DNA of 64,000 nucleotides from Squalus acanthias (lineage: Eukaryota), in contig CM059432.1 in the NCBI GenBank assembly GCA_030390025.1, positions 118,980,001 through 119,044,000 on the forward strand, given 5' to 3'. Position 1 is the first letter of the stretch. Every line of letters begins with the position of its first letter. The notes beneath the pieces are model-generated. The model made no database searches, had not been told where the DNA came from, and saw nothing but the letters and a program-made list of their open reading frames with translations. Positions 21,131 to 34,721 of this stretch are shown one piece after another. The position numbers and the translations under genes are program-made.

Positions 21131-24100
21131 GGGCTCAATTTTAATAGCCCTGAGGAGGCGGGTTTAGAGGCGGGTCTGCAGCAAAAATCAGAAAAAATGG
21201 CTTCAGACACCCAACCTGCCTCCATCCCACCCCCATGTGATTTTCGTGATTGTCTTTTCAGCCGCTCCCAAACTGACCCGACTGGAACCGGTGGGACAGG
21301 TAGTTAAGGTAGTTAAGAGCCTGTTAACTGCCTTGCTAATTCTATTTTGATAGTGGTTTCCCATTTTCGTGCTTCTGGCTCCTGTTTCCCAACTTGTCAG
21401 AAACAGGTTAGGTTCAAGGAGACGAGTTGCTGGAGGACATGATTTATATTCATTGGTGGAGCGCTTTAAAAACGCCCCTGAAACATGGCTGACATTCAAA
21501 TGCAACAACTTTGCTGTTGTAGGTATGGGATAAGATTTTGCACATCTACTGACCTTGTCACTGTTCAAGCTGACACCCATCTGCAGTGTGACCTGAATGG
21601 AATAATTTCAGGCCACTTCCACTGTGCGCTTGCAAGCTTCTTGCCTCAAATGAAATCTGTAGCAAGGGGATGGGAAACATTTATGTCCTCTCATCCTGGT
21701 CCTCGTAATCGGAGGAGTAGCAGCCGCGTGGCTCAGCGCAGATCTTCCTGGGAAGAGGAGGAGGAGGAGGACGAGGGGCACCTTGCATGTCCTGTTGTGA
21801 CCAATACAGCATCCCTCCAGTTCACTGCTGCCCGTCAAGCAGGGTATGCACACTGCCATGCCACATTCGCATAAGCTTACTCTTCAACCATAGGTGGCTA
21901 CCATATGGCTCTGTAATTGTAGGCGACATTTGTCCAACGTCATACATCATCTCTGCTATACCCTGTTATTTCCTATCACTTTCACCATCAGCATTACAAA
22001 AGCAAGTCGCCCTGAGCCCCCAGAACTCATAGGCCACATAATCAACTGTTTGCCATCATTTTTCTTTTACACATGACAAAAGGATTATAAACCAGCAACA
22101 GTCAGAAAAAAAGACAAAACACCCACGTGAGTCCCCTTGTGACTATATGTGCTTAATCTTTCTCTTACGCATGCTTCTACGTGGTGCTTCCCCTGTGGCT
22201 TCAGCAGATGTGGAGGCACCTTGCTGACTAGGATGCTGCGCCTGCTTAGATGCCTTTGGTGGGTGTCCTCTGGGTTTAGGAGCCTGGGAGGGCTCTTCAA
22301 CAGTCTGCTCTTCCTGTGGCTGTGCAGGGGCTAAAGTGACCATCTCAGTTGTCCCCGCAAAGTGGGTCTCTAACTGAGGGCTCCGCAGTGGCATGGTCGT
22401 GTGAGCGCTTTGAGAGGAGCCCACACTTCCTTGTGTCCTGTCAATAACATCCCTCTCATGGGTTAGCTGCACCTCACTGCTGGCAAGTGGCTGGAGAGCA
22501 CCTTGCTGCAAATCAGGGGGACCACAAGGACCCGTATTTGCACTGGCAGTCCTCATCACAAGGACATCCATGAAGCTCTGGTCTATCTGCTCAATAGCTG
22601 CCCATCGCTCCTCCAGAGATGACATTCTATTTTGAACAGTCACCATGTTTTCCTGACTCTGGCGACTTATTTCCTCCATGGCGGTAGTCATCCTTTCCAT
22701 GGAGGTTGCCATCCTATCCATGGTGGTGCGTTCATGCGCCATTGCCTCCACAACGGCTGTGCTGATGTTAGAGATGGACTCCTCCATTCTCTCCACACTT
22801 GCATTAACCCTGGAGGCAAACCCTTCCAGAGACTCCTGCACTTGTTCCTGTATTTCCCGAGATGCTCTTTTTCTGGATGGTCCCAGAGGCACAGCGTCTG
22901 CATGCAGCTCAGCAGAGCTGGGAGATTGCTGCGACCTCCGCCAAGGACTCTCCACTGCTGTCGCTGTCTCCACCATCTGCTGATGCTCACTTGTGTGCTT
23001 TGATAAACCAGGTAGCAACACTACTCTAACTTGCGATGGCCCCACCGAGGTGTGCGTTGCTGCGCTGGTGCTGGGTGCGCTGAGTCCTGGTGACGCTGGT
23101 CCCTCAGAGGCTTCAGGTTCCTCCGAGGAGATGTCTGGCTCTTCGTCCTGGATCATGGGGAGGGGGGCGCTCGATGGTCCTGTGGGAGAGTAAAGGCATG
23201 ATTTAGACATCTGATATTGATGTAGCAGACACATCCTTTTGAGCAGATGATATTGCCATTGCAGTCATTCACTAAATGTCAATGAGAGGGATGTAAATCT
23301 ATTATGTCACCAGTTTCCTCTAGTGTGCCCGTCTCTCCATCGCCCACTTCCAGGTCCTCGCCACCTCCAACAATTTTGTATGCAGCCTCCTCAGCACTGG
23401 GCAATGTTGCGAGGGTAGGTGTACCTCCTCCAGTCAGTGCTCTCTCCCTCTTATTGTGGGCTATCTTTTCCTGCAAGGAGGGACACAAGCGGAGTTTCAA
23501 CCACAGCGATGGAGTGAGTGTGAAGAATCCCTACCATAGAAGCTTTGAGGGAGACGAAGATGGGGTAAGGTGCCAAGAGGAAGGTAGCTCCCTGTGCATT
23601 GTTAGTTGTCACTGCATGACAGTGAGAGCGAGTCTAAGGGGTGCATAGGCAGGATGCTGAAGTGATTCAGTGCAGAGACAGAGATGGATAGGTAAGGGTG
23701 CAAGCGAAGTAAGGGTAAGGTGGTATGTGGAGGAGCAGGCTTACAACACAGAGTGCTGGTGATGAGAAGAGAAGGGAAGCAGAGTGAAGGCAAGTGTGAT
23801 GGGATACTCACTTTTGATGTTCGCACAAGATCATTAAACCTTTTTCGGCAAATGAACACACGGACCTTGCACGGACCTTGCGCTGACTTCCTCAGCAATG
23901 CACAGCCAGACTGCCTTGGTCTGCTGAGGAGGCTTCCTCCAGCCATCAGGAGGGAAGAGCATGGAGGGACTCATCATTAAATCGAGGGGCTGCCTTGCCT
24001 CTGGAAGAAGTCATTGTGGATAGATCAATCTCACTGAGTATCAGAATGCAGAAGAGAAAGGCTTAGGCTGAATGGCAGCTTTAAAACCAGCTGCTATGAT

Positions 24101-24285
24101 GATGTCATCAGAGGCGGCCAGTTGACCCGATCCCACTCATTGGACTGGCCAGTGCACCTCATTGAAATCAACAAGCTCATTAAATCAATATCGGACATCA
24201 GCAGCTGATCCCGCCGAAAGCGTCTCCGGAACCCGCCCACCACGCAACCCGACTCCATCCCGCCTCGGAAATAAAAATTGAGCCC
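21131..24285. mobile_element. Harbinger element lacking most of the transposase but retaining the Myb/SANT gene
   Basis: Perfect 12-bp TIRs GGGCTCAATTTT / AAAATTGAGCCC, with TCA/GCA flanks. Confidence 0.85.
22143..24014 (-). pseudogene. Three-exon Harbinger Myb/SANT-like DNA-binding protein gene (exons about 24014-23812, 23470-23311, 23179-22143); exon 1 has a frameshifting deletion
   Basis: MTSSRGKAAPRFNDE..W..IAEEV..CRKRFNDL|GTGAGT; ag|EKIAHNKRERALTGGG..; long open last exon with a coiled coil and basic C-terminus PRRSMRKRKIKHI. Boundaries are GT-AG. Confidence 0.75.
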
Positions 24286-25696
24286 GCAGAGTCTAAACCA
24301 TTATGTATAAAGCAGGAAGTATCAATTATATTTAAATCGTGTACAGAAAGCAAAATAAAGATTGGGAAATACAGATGGGATTAACAGAGAGAGATAAAAG
24401 AGACAGTCAACAAAAGTTAAAAAAAAATGTTTTAGAATTTTAAAAAAATCTCCAGGGCCAGAGACATAGTTTGGCAGTAATTATCACTTATCAGGCCGTT
24501 AAAATCTCAATTACTCCTGACTGCACTAGCCCTAGCTTTTCTGCCATCTTTAGTAGGGAACTAGTGGGCAAATAGCCCAAGTTCACGCCATTGCATTCAT
24601 TTCAGCGTCAAGTCAATCTGTTACAGCGCACCCTGTGGAGGAGCGGGCTATCTCTTTCAGCAACTTCTGGATTTCCACATTTAAATGCACATGTGCAGAT
24701 GCCGGAAGTTGCCGTCCGATTTACCCCGTTATAACGGTGAGCGCTGTTAGCCTCACCGTTATTCTTATCTGCCCAATATTATAGCTGTGGCCTACCAGTG
24801 ATTTATGAAGGTTTACCATAACTTCTTTCCTTTTGCCTCTATTTATAAAGCCAAGGATCCATATGCTTTTTTAACACACTTATCAACTGCACAGATTTGT
24901 GTATGTGAAACCCCAGGTCTCTCTGTTCATGCACCCTCTTTAAAATTGTATAATTAATTTAAATTGCCTCTCCTCATTTCTCCTTCCAAAATGCATCAGT
25001 TCACACTTCTCTGCATTAAATTTCATCAGCCGTGTGTCTGCCCACCAGTCTGTCTATGTCTTCTTGAAGTCTTCTACTGTCCTTCTAAACCAAGAACCTT
25101 TTCAGAGAAAAACTACTGGAGTAAATAACATTCATGTAGATGAAAACTGCTGCCATTTCAAATCGGCAGAGATAAATGCGCTTAAGAAGCATTTAGGTTA
25201 AAATTCTATGTGTACGCGATCGTAGTAGTAACATCCAGATCATATCTAGAAGTGACCTCGGCCACTGGCCCTGTCTGAATAGTTGGGGTCAGTGGGAGGT
25301 TACCCTCTTTGAATTATACCAGCAAGCAACCGTGCCACTAAGGGAGCATCTTGTGCATTATTCCTGCCCCAGGAAATCCCAAATAAATGTGCGGGTGGCT
25401 AAGCAGCAGGGGGTATAATGTGCTACCTCCCCGCAGAATGCCTGCCTGTGTCACCAGTGGCCCTCTGTCTCAAGGGTGCCCCCTAAAAATTTCCAAAAAA
25501 TTTGCCCTTTCCATCTCTTTGAGGGTCCAGGCGATAAGTTTGTCAGGAGGCTGGTCTTTCTCTTCTCATGTGGTACATCGACCTGCCAACGTACACCAAA
25601 TCCCAATAATGCTGGAACTGCCAGCATAGGGAATCCCCAGATTCGGCCTCAGCCCATACCTATCAGTAGCCATTTCTGAGGACTTACAGAGACTCT

Positions 25697-27464
25697 GGCC
25701 TATATTTTGCCGTTGCTCAGTGGACGGGATGGGTGGTGGGTCAGCTGTTAAATTTAAAACGATTGACAGTGGGTCGGGAACTCGCTGTCAAAACGCGCAC
25801 ACTGGACTTTCTGATGTCGGGTCTGCCACAGCTGAGCTGACCTGACAGGCAGCGGCGGGGGAGGCAATTCAAATCATTAGTGGCTTGTTTACAGCCACTT
25901 ATCCATGGTTTATTCCCAGCTTTTTGGATGTGACAGGTCGCCTAGACCTCGTCCGTGAAGCTGAGGTGGGAGTTCAGTGGCCATTGAATCAGCTGTTGAG
26001 TTGACAGCTTCAAATGTGCAGTAAAAGCTCCCACCTTACAGAGATATCTTCCCTCAGCCACAAACTCTTCCTCACTGCATTTCCGCAACAGATCCGCCAT
26101 GCTGCAAGTCTTTACACAAGTCTCCATCCAGTCTGACCTCATTACCTCTCCCACCATTGACAGATCGCTTCTATCATCTCTACTTCACCTGCCATCTATT
26201 CCATCAGCATGGGTGCCCTTTATACTCTCTCACCTTGGTCCTCAGAATCCCACCGCGATCAGCCCCAACACCAGTAGCACCAGGCACACCGGCAGCACCA
26301 GGCACACCAGCAGCACCAACAACAACACCAACCTTCTCTACAATCAACTGATGCTGCACAGGACACAGGGCATCAGCACCCGAGCACATTGCTGCTCGGG
26401 AGGCCAGGGATGGCGTCACCATGGCCAGATTTACTTCACTTGACGCTGTACACCCTGGCTGCCACATGATGCGCCAGATTGGCACCACCCCTCACCAACA
26501 CCATAAAGCATCCCTGCAATGCCCAAGCCATTCCTTTCACACTCATCACCATTGCGGGTGGTACCGTTATGACTCACCATTCATGGCAAATTACTAAGCC
26601 ACTTCCAAAGTTACATACAAATCTGTCCAAGAACGCAAAGTGTTGAAAATAAAGGTTTCAATGTTTGACACCACATTAACAGAAATTTTAAATGAACATT
26701 GCATAAAACACCCAAGTGCCTACCCTTGTGTGTTGTTAGTTGGTATGATTGGACTAGGATGAGGGTGAGTGTGAGGGGTGGCTAGTGAGATGGGGATGTG
26801 ATAATGTAGATAGAGAGGGATGGCTGGAGGTGCAAGGCAAGATGGTGTGAGTAAGGATGTGCAGGAGTAGGGTAGGGAAGGCAGAGTGATGGGAATATGA
26901 TGAGAGGCACAGCAGGATGAGGTTGAGTGTGACTTTGTACTACCATTTTCTGATCTACTGAGATCATTGAAACATTTGCAGCACTGCACCCAGGTCCTCC
27001 TGACCACATCCCTGCTTGTGTCCTCCTGTGCACTGTGCAACCAGGCTGTGTTGATCTCCTGGGGAGGTCTCTTCCGCCCATAGGAATGGAACAGGACCTC
27101 CCTGCGTGCTGTGAATCCCTCCATAAGCATATGCAGGAAGTCATGGGAGAGCCTGGGTGCAGCCATGCACCTCTGTGCAGTGATCGCCAGTGTTTGCAGC
27201 CCCTCATTGGTGTAGAACACTGACAGCACAAATGTCAAAATAAAGTTGGCCATGGTCCCTTTAAGGAAACTGGCTGATGATGCATCATCAAATGACATCA
27301 TCAGACCCGCTTCCTCTATTTGGCCGCAAACCCGCTGGGTGGGGCTTAACAAGCCCAATCAAGGGAAATTTATTTCACAGAGCGGGATGGAGCCAGCAGC
27401 GGCGTCGCGATCCGCCACCAACGTTGTCTGCCTCGGACCCGCCGAGGTCAGCAAAATTGCAGCT
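25697..27464. mobile_element. Internally deleted Harbinger derivative (transposase N-terminal remnant on +, Myb exon 1 on -)
   Basis: AAPRLSHD.LHMLMEG.TARREVLF..GRKRPP....AW...CKCFNDL on the minus strand. Collinear with 57305-59062. Confidence 0.75.
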
Positions 27465-27747
27465 TAAAACTGGGCCAGTACAGCCAAACAATTTTGGTTC
27501 GATTATATTTACATTTTTGATAAATGTTCATCAGGGTGACGGAGCTCAATATCAGTGACTGGAGTATTCCATGTTTTGTACCTAGTATCAGTGTTAAGCA
27601 TTCTTAGGTCAGATATAGCATAACTTAGATACAGTCAAAAACTCTCTACGTAGCACAAGCAATGTCCAAACCTCAGAAGACCACCCACTGCTGTACCAGG
27701 ATGACATTTCTATTTCTCCAAACGGCATCCTTTGACTTTTTTGAGTC

Positions 27748-27943
27748 AGGGTAAATTTCTCAAGGCCTCACGTCATCAAAGGCATCTCAAATCCAGCTGG
27801 TGCATATTGGAAAATTGCAGACACAATGCTCGGAATTTTCCATCCATCGATGTCAGTAGATGAAAAATGGTGGGCAGAGTATCCGTGATTTTCTGCTATG
27901 GGCCATCCCTGTGCAAAGCCCACAGTTGGTGTAAAATTTACCC
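27748..27943. mobile_element. Small MITE
   Basis: AGGGTAAATTT...AAATTTACCCT terminal inverted repeats. Confidence 0.5.
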
Positions 27944-28132
27944 TATCTTGTTCATTAATAGCGAATTATAGGCAGTTTGGCGCTGTGGACCCATTGCCCA
28001 CCAGCAAATTGCTTGGAGACTTTCCAAGTTCTTTTCAAAAATGACCCTTGAAAGGTAGTAGATAAAGGACTTCTGCCGTCTCTCAGTCTGGATTCAAGCC
28101 CAGTTCGCAGATGTGAAAAGATATTGCCTGAT

Positions 28133-28446
28133 ATCTGCACTCCTCTAATTCTGCCCTCTTGAACATCCCTGATTATAATCGCTCAACCATTGGTGGCCGT
28201 GCCTTCAGCTGCCTAGGCCCTAAGCTCTGGAATTCCCTGCCTAAACCTCTCACCTCGCTACCTCTCTTTCCTCTTTTAAGACACTCCTTAAAACCTACCT
28301 CTTTGACCAAGCTTTTGGTCATCTGCCCTAATTTCTCCTTAGGTGGCTCGGTGTTAAATTTTTTGTCTTATAATACTCTGTGCAGCGCCTTGGGACGTTT
28401 TACTATGTTAAAGGCGCTGTATAAATACAAGTTGCTGTTGTTGTTG
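28133..28446 (+). mobile_element. L2 LINE 3' end
   Basis: STIGGRAFSCLGPKLWNSLP and tail AGGCGCTGTATAAATACAAG(TTG)n. Matches 61.2-61.5 kb. Confidence 0.85.
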
Positions 28447-28863
28447 ATACTTTCTTAGATATGAGTTTATAATCGATTGCTTATAAAGCTAAGACACAGA
28501 AGAAAATATCCAGGAATTTTGCAGCTTGCTGCACAATCATTTCCTTGAGCTAAAAATCTGATGTGCAGCCATTTTAAGCATCCCGGGATTGAAGCTCAAG
28601 TTTTGAAAAGTTGACCGCACAGAATTGTTTTAATAATGATATTTTACACTACTGTGTATTGAATGGTAATTCATTTCTTTGCAGTGGAATTGAGCCATTA
28701 CAGTTGATCTTAAGTGGGCCGTAATTGTTGGTACATTTTTATTGATATCATTATGAGATTAGCTAGTGCCCAAGAAAGAGATGCTGCAGCTTTAAGTCAA
28801 GCTTTTATTGTTGAATTCTGAATTAAAAATTGTAATAATTTCACTTTTCTTTTTCTCATACAG

Positions 28864-29444
28864 AGAAAAGAAAGACTAACCTGCTGGACCAGCTTACCAA
28901 CACCAGTGGGACTATAATCGGGATCACATCTTTCATTGTGATTATTCTCATTGTTATCTCTGTTATAGTTCAGATCAAACAGCCGCGCAAAAAATTCATC
29001 CAAAGAAAACCAGACTTTGACCAAACAGTTTTTCAGGAGGTTTTTGAGCCCACCCACTATGAACTCTGTTCACTTAAAGGAAAAGGGGCCGCAGCTGATC
29101 TAGGGGACATTGTAGATGACTTTGAGAATTACCATAAACTGAGGCGATCATCCTCTAAATGCATTCACGACCATCACTGTGGTTCCCAGATATCCAGCAT
29201 TAAAGGTAGCCGTAGTAACCTCAGCACCCGTGATGCCACCATCCTCTCAGAAATACAGCCACAGCCGGTGAAGCCCAGCGTCCAGTCCTTAAGCAGGCGG
29301 AGTATCCTAGTCATGAAGCACAGCTACTCACAGGACGCAGCAGATGCATGTGATATTGATGAAATCGAGGAAGTCCCGACTACAAGTCACAGGCTGTCCA
29401 GAAATGATAAGGCTGTCCAGCGGTCAGTATCAATTGATTTTTGA
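28864..29444 (+). CDS. NETO1: NETO1 (neuropilin and tolloid-like 1) exon encoding the transmembrane helix and cytoplasmic tail
   Basis: Polypyrimidine tract and CAG acceptor at 28861-28863. Translation [106 protein letters not shown] matches my recollection of vertebrate NETO1. Confidence 0.93.
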
Positions 29445-32400
29445 TAAAGACTATTCATAAACAAGGACTCCACTGTCCATATTTACTCATATTGTCAAAA
29501 GCCCTCTTCCTTTTCTGTTTCAGCTCTCAATTACTCTTTTCATTTCTGACTAAGGTATCATGCATGCACAGTGGAACCTTGAGAAGCTTTTGTCAGCAGT
29601 TACATTAACCAGAAAATGAGGAAACGATCTTCTAATAAATATCGAATGCAATTGACATTCCCTAATGATTCAGGGGATCAGCAAACTGCCCGATGTGGTA
29701 CAGAGCAATACAAGTCAGTATTCTGATAGCTAACCTCAGGTGGGGCAACTGACCTCAGAGGCCCCCGAGCTAAGAAAGGGAAAAATAATCAGCCAGTGCT
29801 CTCCACTGACTCTTGTTGGGAAGTTTACGACTGTAGGTGTTGAATGTGGACAGGATTGCCCTCAGCAGTAATGGCCCCCCTGCCCCCTCACCCCGTGTTC
29901 AAATAACCTGCCGACGCTCCCTGTCCAGGCTCACAGCTGCAGAATGGGCATTTCAGAGAGGTAATGGAGCATAGTTAATAGCTGTACCATCCATACTCCC
30001 GCAAGAGTCAGTACCTGTCGGAGAGGAAGAGGCAAAAGGGCCGCTTGAAATAAATATTTCAAATAATCAAACAATAGTATATTTTAATACAAACAGGAGC
30101 GAGTTTAGTAGGGTTCCACTGTGCAAAGAAAAATATTCAACGGTGTTGAGGTAGAGTATCTACTAAAACCAAAGAAAGTTTTAACTCTATCAAGGAGGAG
30201 TGCATGTTATACTTATGTTAATGGGATGGGAACTTGCTATATTGCTTTTTGACCTAGATGTTTGTAAAACAAAATAACATTTCTATCTCACTTTATGCAT
30301 GAAGGAGCTAAGGGATAAAATAGCTGCCATCATTTTAAAGAAAAAAACAAGGCTATTTTATAATTTTTTTTCTACAAGGCCAATAATAATAAATGATTTT
30401 AAAATTAGCAGCAGTGATATCATCAGCCATACCTTTGCTCATCTTGTCGATATATAAGCAACTCGAAAACATTTATAAAATATATACAGTGATATATATA
30501 TATTCATATGTAGTGCACATAGATGTTCATGCGCATTCAGTAGGCAATGTAGGCCAGAGTAATCTTTTTACAGCATAGAACAGAAAAATATGGCATGAAC
30601 CAATGTTTTTGATAAAGTCGAATAAAAGAGAAACTATTTTTATTGTGAACGGCACCTTGGATATTTCACTAGAAATTAAAAAGGAAAAGGGTTTAGAGAA
30701 ATATTCTAGCTTTCAAGCATTCTTTCTTCAAGTGAGTTAACATGCCTGTTTGAGAAATGTCAACTGCTTTTTGTTTTATGTCAGATAGTCTTGGGTATCA
30801 AGAACTTTCTACTTTGCATTTTTCATTATTTCCATAATTCCTCCAGCAGCTAAGATAAAGCAATATTCAACCTCGATGCACATATATGCTTTGCAACAGC
30901 AAGTGGGAAATGCTTTCTCTTTACCAAGTGGGACATACCTTCTCCCGATGTTTAGATCTTTTGGGCTTTGGTTGACCGCACATTGTTAATTGGATGGCGA
31001 CTTTTCCAAGTTGACTCAGGTTACAACATGGATCCATCTTTATGTGTGTGTGTATATACACATATACATAGCAACATATAGATGGATACAGATATAGTCC
31101 TACATATATATCCATATCTGTGTAAAGGACGACTTCAACTCTCATGTACCGTCTGTGAACTATGTGTTGCATTGTCTACTTGAAACGGAAACATTTGCTG
31201 AAAATTAATGAATTGTTTCAAATTTGGGGCACAGCAATAAATAATTATTACATTTGAAAATTCATTGGTGGTGAATGTAAGCAGCTTCACTGTCCCTTGG
31301 GCAAAAAAAAAGGCCCATTATAATAGATTTAGACTGCATGTGCACGTTGGATCTCAAAATCCATACAGCAGAAATGCCTAAAGGTGGTACATTGTTCCAA
31401 ATTTGTCTCTATAGAAGGCAGTGAGCCAGTTCATTTATGATTTCATTATGTATTACCCTTTTCACAGAGGTATTGGCCCTGATCCAATCTCCTTTGAGGA
31501 TCTGTCCCTTCACATATTATATAATTTGATTTTCCTCTGTATTACTGCAGTGATATACTGAGCTTGTCCAGAATGAAACAGAAATACACATCTGACTCAA
31601 GTCCAGTCTCTGGCCTGATATTCAGTCAAGTAGTTCCCTATGGCCCTGAAATTAAACTGTCAGTTATTAAAGTACGAATGCTTAAATGTTTTTTGTCTGA
31701 AATTCCCCATTCCATTATTTTAGCTGAGTTGTAAACTGAGGGCTATAACATCAAGGCTGCTGTTTATTTAAGCATCACGGGGGAGATTTCCTTTGTTTGC
31801 TGTGTGTAACAAAATTGTAAATTTCTTCATTATAAATAGGTCTATGATTTTTTTAATATACTTAACATGCAGAGTAAATCTCCCCTCAACATCAGTAATA
31901 TTATCATGAACTACAAGGAAGAGATTCTGAGGATTCCAGCTTAGGGCGCATGTTCTGAAGATGGGATGGAATTTTTCTTTTGAACCATTGCTAGTTCCAT
32001 TATCTACAATGGGATGGCCAGCATTTAACCTTATAAAATGCTAAACCTAACTCCTGCATTGAGAAACTGAGGATTCTTCAAGCTGACCTGCTCACAAACG
32101 CATTATATAAATGGACAAAAAGGAGCCGCATCCTGTGACTTGTATTATTATTTAAATTTCTAATTTCATCACCAATGTTTTGCCAAATAAAAACTAATTA
32201 TTTATTTCTATAATTAACAACAAAGCAGTTTTCCTGCTCCTCTCCTAGTCTATAAGGGAATTCTGACTGTATATCGCTGCCCAGCTCCAGACGAACCAGT
32301 TCCCCGGCAGCATCTGGTGCTAGATTAACAAATGTTCTAGTTGCACTGCCAAGACTTTCACTGGACTGAGGGTAGAGGGTGGTGTGTTAGATGATGAATT

Positions 32401-34690
32401 AAAAACTTTCTGGAGATTTTTAAAAAACAGACTCCAACCGAGAAACATTAATAGTTCTAAGATCTCCAGCAAGCTCCCCAGTCCTATAACTTGACGTTCT
32501 AGAATGTGCTGAACATTCAACGTGTTATGAAGTATTTCTGTACTGACTATGAGAACTATTAATATGGATCTCGTGAAATAAAATAACCTAGATTTCTTAG
32601 GTAATCACATTTTCTTAGAAAATGCTTTTCATCTTATTTATTTAATACAATTCATTGGGACAGGTTTTGTTTTCGCCGATAAGCTGACTGAACAGATCGC
32701 CCACCTGATATAGAACCTGCCTGATTTTCAGTCCATGTAATAAAATTCGGGTGGGTCCTATCACGGATGGGAGATTGGCTCCAGGCAGTGAAGACAAAAA
32801 TTTACCCCACTATCTGTGCAGTATGATTTTAGTCAATGCCATTTCCATAAATTGTACAATGTGTTAGTGGCAATGTGGTTTGAGCCTACCTATCCATTGT
32901 GTTACATCTACATTGTTTTCATTATATAGACTGCTTGAGAATAATGTGCTGCTGGATGATTTTGAACATGCATCAAAGAATTTTGAAATTGTCGACCTTG
33001 GACATACGCCAGCATGAGTCTCTTGGACATCTACTTATCGCCTGTTTCCTGAACCAAATGTAGATGTGCAATAATGCTGTAAAGACCAGTCTTGGTGTAG
33101 CCTTTTATCTAAGCTGCAGTCAGATCCAGGACGGTACAGATATGTATATATGTGTTTAAGACAAATACAAGCTGAAGATCAAGGTCAGTGGTGGAAGACG
33201 AGTATCCAGAACAATATAACTCAGCACCTGGGGAGTAACTCCACAAACTCAAAATGAATAAAACGACAATATGTCCGAACTGGAGCACTGTAGAATCCGG
33301 GCATTTTCTCTTTTCTGTTTCATTGCAATTACTATGATTTAAAATAATGTGAGTTACATCTAGTCAGCTTCCTTTAAATGTTTGCTTATAAAGTGTTATT
33401 TAAATTTGGAAAGTTTTATTTTAAAGAAGATAGTTGCAAGAATTCCCTAATTTGTTATGCCAGGGAATGATAAAGTCATATGTCTAACTCTTATTTTCTT
33501 TTTACTATGTTACTGAGCTTTTTTTATGTGTTCAATACACAATATGCAATAATTGCTTTATTGTAGCTTTTGAGCCTAAGTAGCTTCCTGACTCATTAAC
33601 ATCAGTTCCTCACTAGCGCCCATTACAGTAACATAATACCCTAGATTCTTTTACTTTAGACTCATTTTGTTACACCTGAGATTCTAAGACAATTCTTACA
33701 TTAGATCCCAGTTGATTATGAGGGGATCTTAATGTATTTTCAGGGATGATTGAAAACTATAGAGTTATTCACAACTTAGAAATTACGTATTTTTCTAATT
33801 GCATCCCTACTTGTGCTTTAGCCTCCCATTTTCATACTGTTGCTTTCTCAGTGGATTACATGTTGGAAAAGATGAGGGAAATTGAAACCTGCTTCAAAAC
33901 TGCTGGGGAATGTTCACAAATAATACTTAATTTGTCAGTAATGTAACTTTGGCCAGCATCAACAAATTGAACAGTGAAAAACAAGATAAAAGCAGTTGAT
34001 TCCCGAAAATTTTTATTGCAGATTGTTTATTGTATAGGATATATAACTGTCAGACATTTGTTGAACGTGTTTTTATCTATAGGTACGAATTACACTGTGC
34101 TGTATACTGAGCATTTCACTGTAATTACAGCCATTTCTTTTGACAGATGCATAAAGTTGTATTTTTATTAATCAGGGCAAATAACAATACAATGTTTCTA
34201 CAGTATGAAATGATGGTATGACAGATACTGTAAACCATTTTTTTTTGCATGCATTTATATGAATATCTACTTTTGTCTAAAATCTTTGCCCAAAGTATTG
34301 TGTACTTGGGTGAATACATGCATATGACTGATGAATTTTGCAATTGTTAAGACAAATGTCCATTTTATTGTGCATCTTATTTCTTTACGGTGGGGAGAAG
34401 GAAATGGGGTAGAGTAGAATTCTTTGATGGTAATGCATATCTTGATCAGCTAGCACATAAGCTATCAGGATAGTTGAACCAGCTGCGGATCTGCCCAAGA
34501 GACCTGTTCTGATAAACACTGTATTTCACTTTCTGCATTCTAAACTATTGTGCTGCAGGACACAGCTACAGATATTGAACTGGGGAATAGACCTTACTGT
34601 GATGTTTTAATGGGATCTATGAATATTATTGAGGAGTGCTTGGTAGTGGGTGGGAAAGAATGATATGAAACAATTTTACCTCAATAAAGG
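29445..34690 (+). other. NETO1: Putative long NETO1 3' UTR
   Basis: AT-rich and largely free of transposons compared with its flanks. Several AATAAA motifs (e.g. 30621, 32186, 34683). True end unknown. Confidence 0.45.
29650..30035 (+). mobile_element. Ancient SINE-like remnant (possibly LF-SINE-related) in the putative 3' UTR
   Basis: Motifs CTGTCCAGGCTCACA..AGAATGGGCATTT..AGGTAATGGAG..GCAAGAGTCAGTACCT..GGAGAGG. A possibly related reverse fragment lies at about 56400-56530. Confidence 0.35.
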
Positions 34691-34721
34691 GGAAAGAAAA
34701 TCTAAGGCATTTTATTGACTC

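Larger units (their letters stand above)
20918..24774. mobile_element. Harbinger-like non-autonomous element (outer), same family as 2751-4271 in the opposite orientation
   Basis: GGCCCAGAT...ATCTGCCC ends with an AAT duplication. Interrupts a CR1 fragment. Confidence 0.6.
20387..25080 (-). mobile_element. CR1 LINE 3' fragment (20387-20914 and 24778-25080), split by Harbinger elements
   Basis: ATAGAATCATAGAATC..ACAGCACAGAAGGGGGCCATTCGGCCCATCG tail. The RT-like sequence resumes after 24777. Confidence 0.7.
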
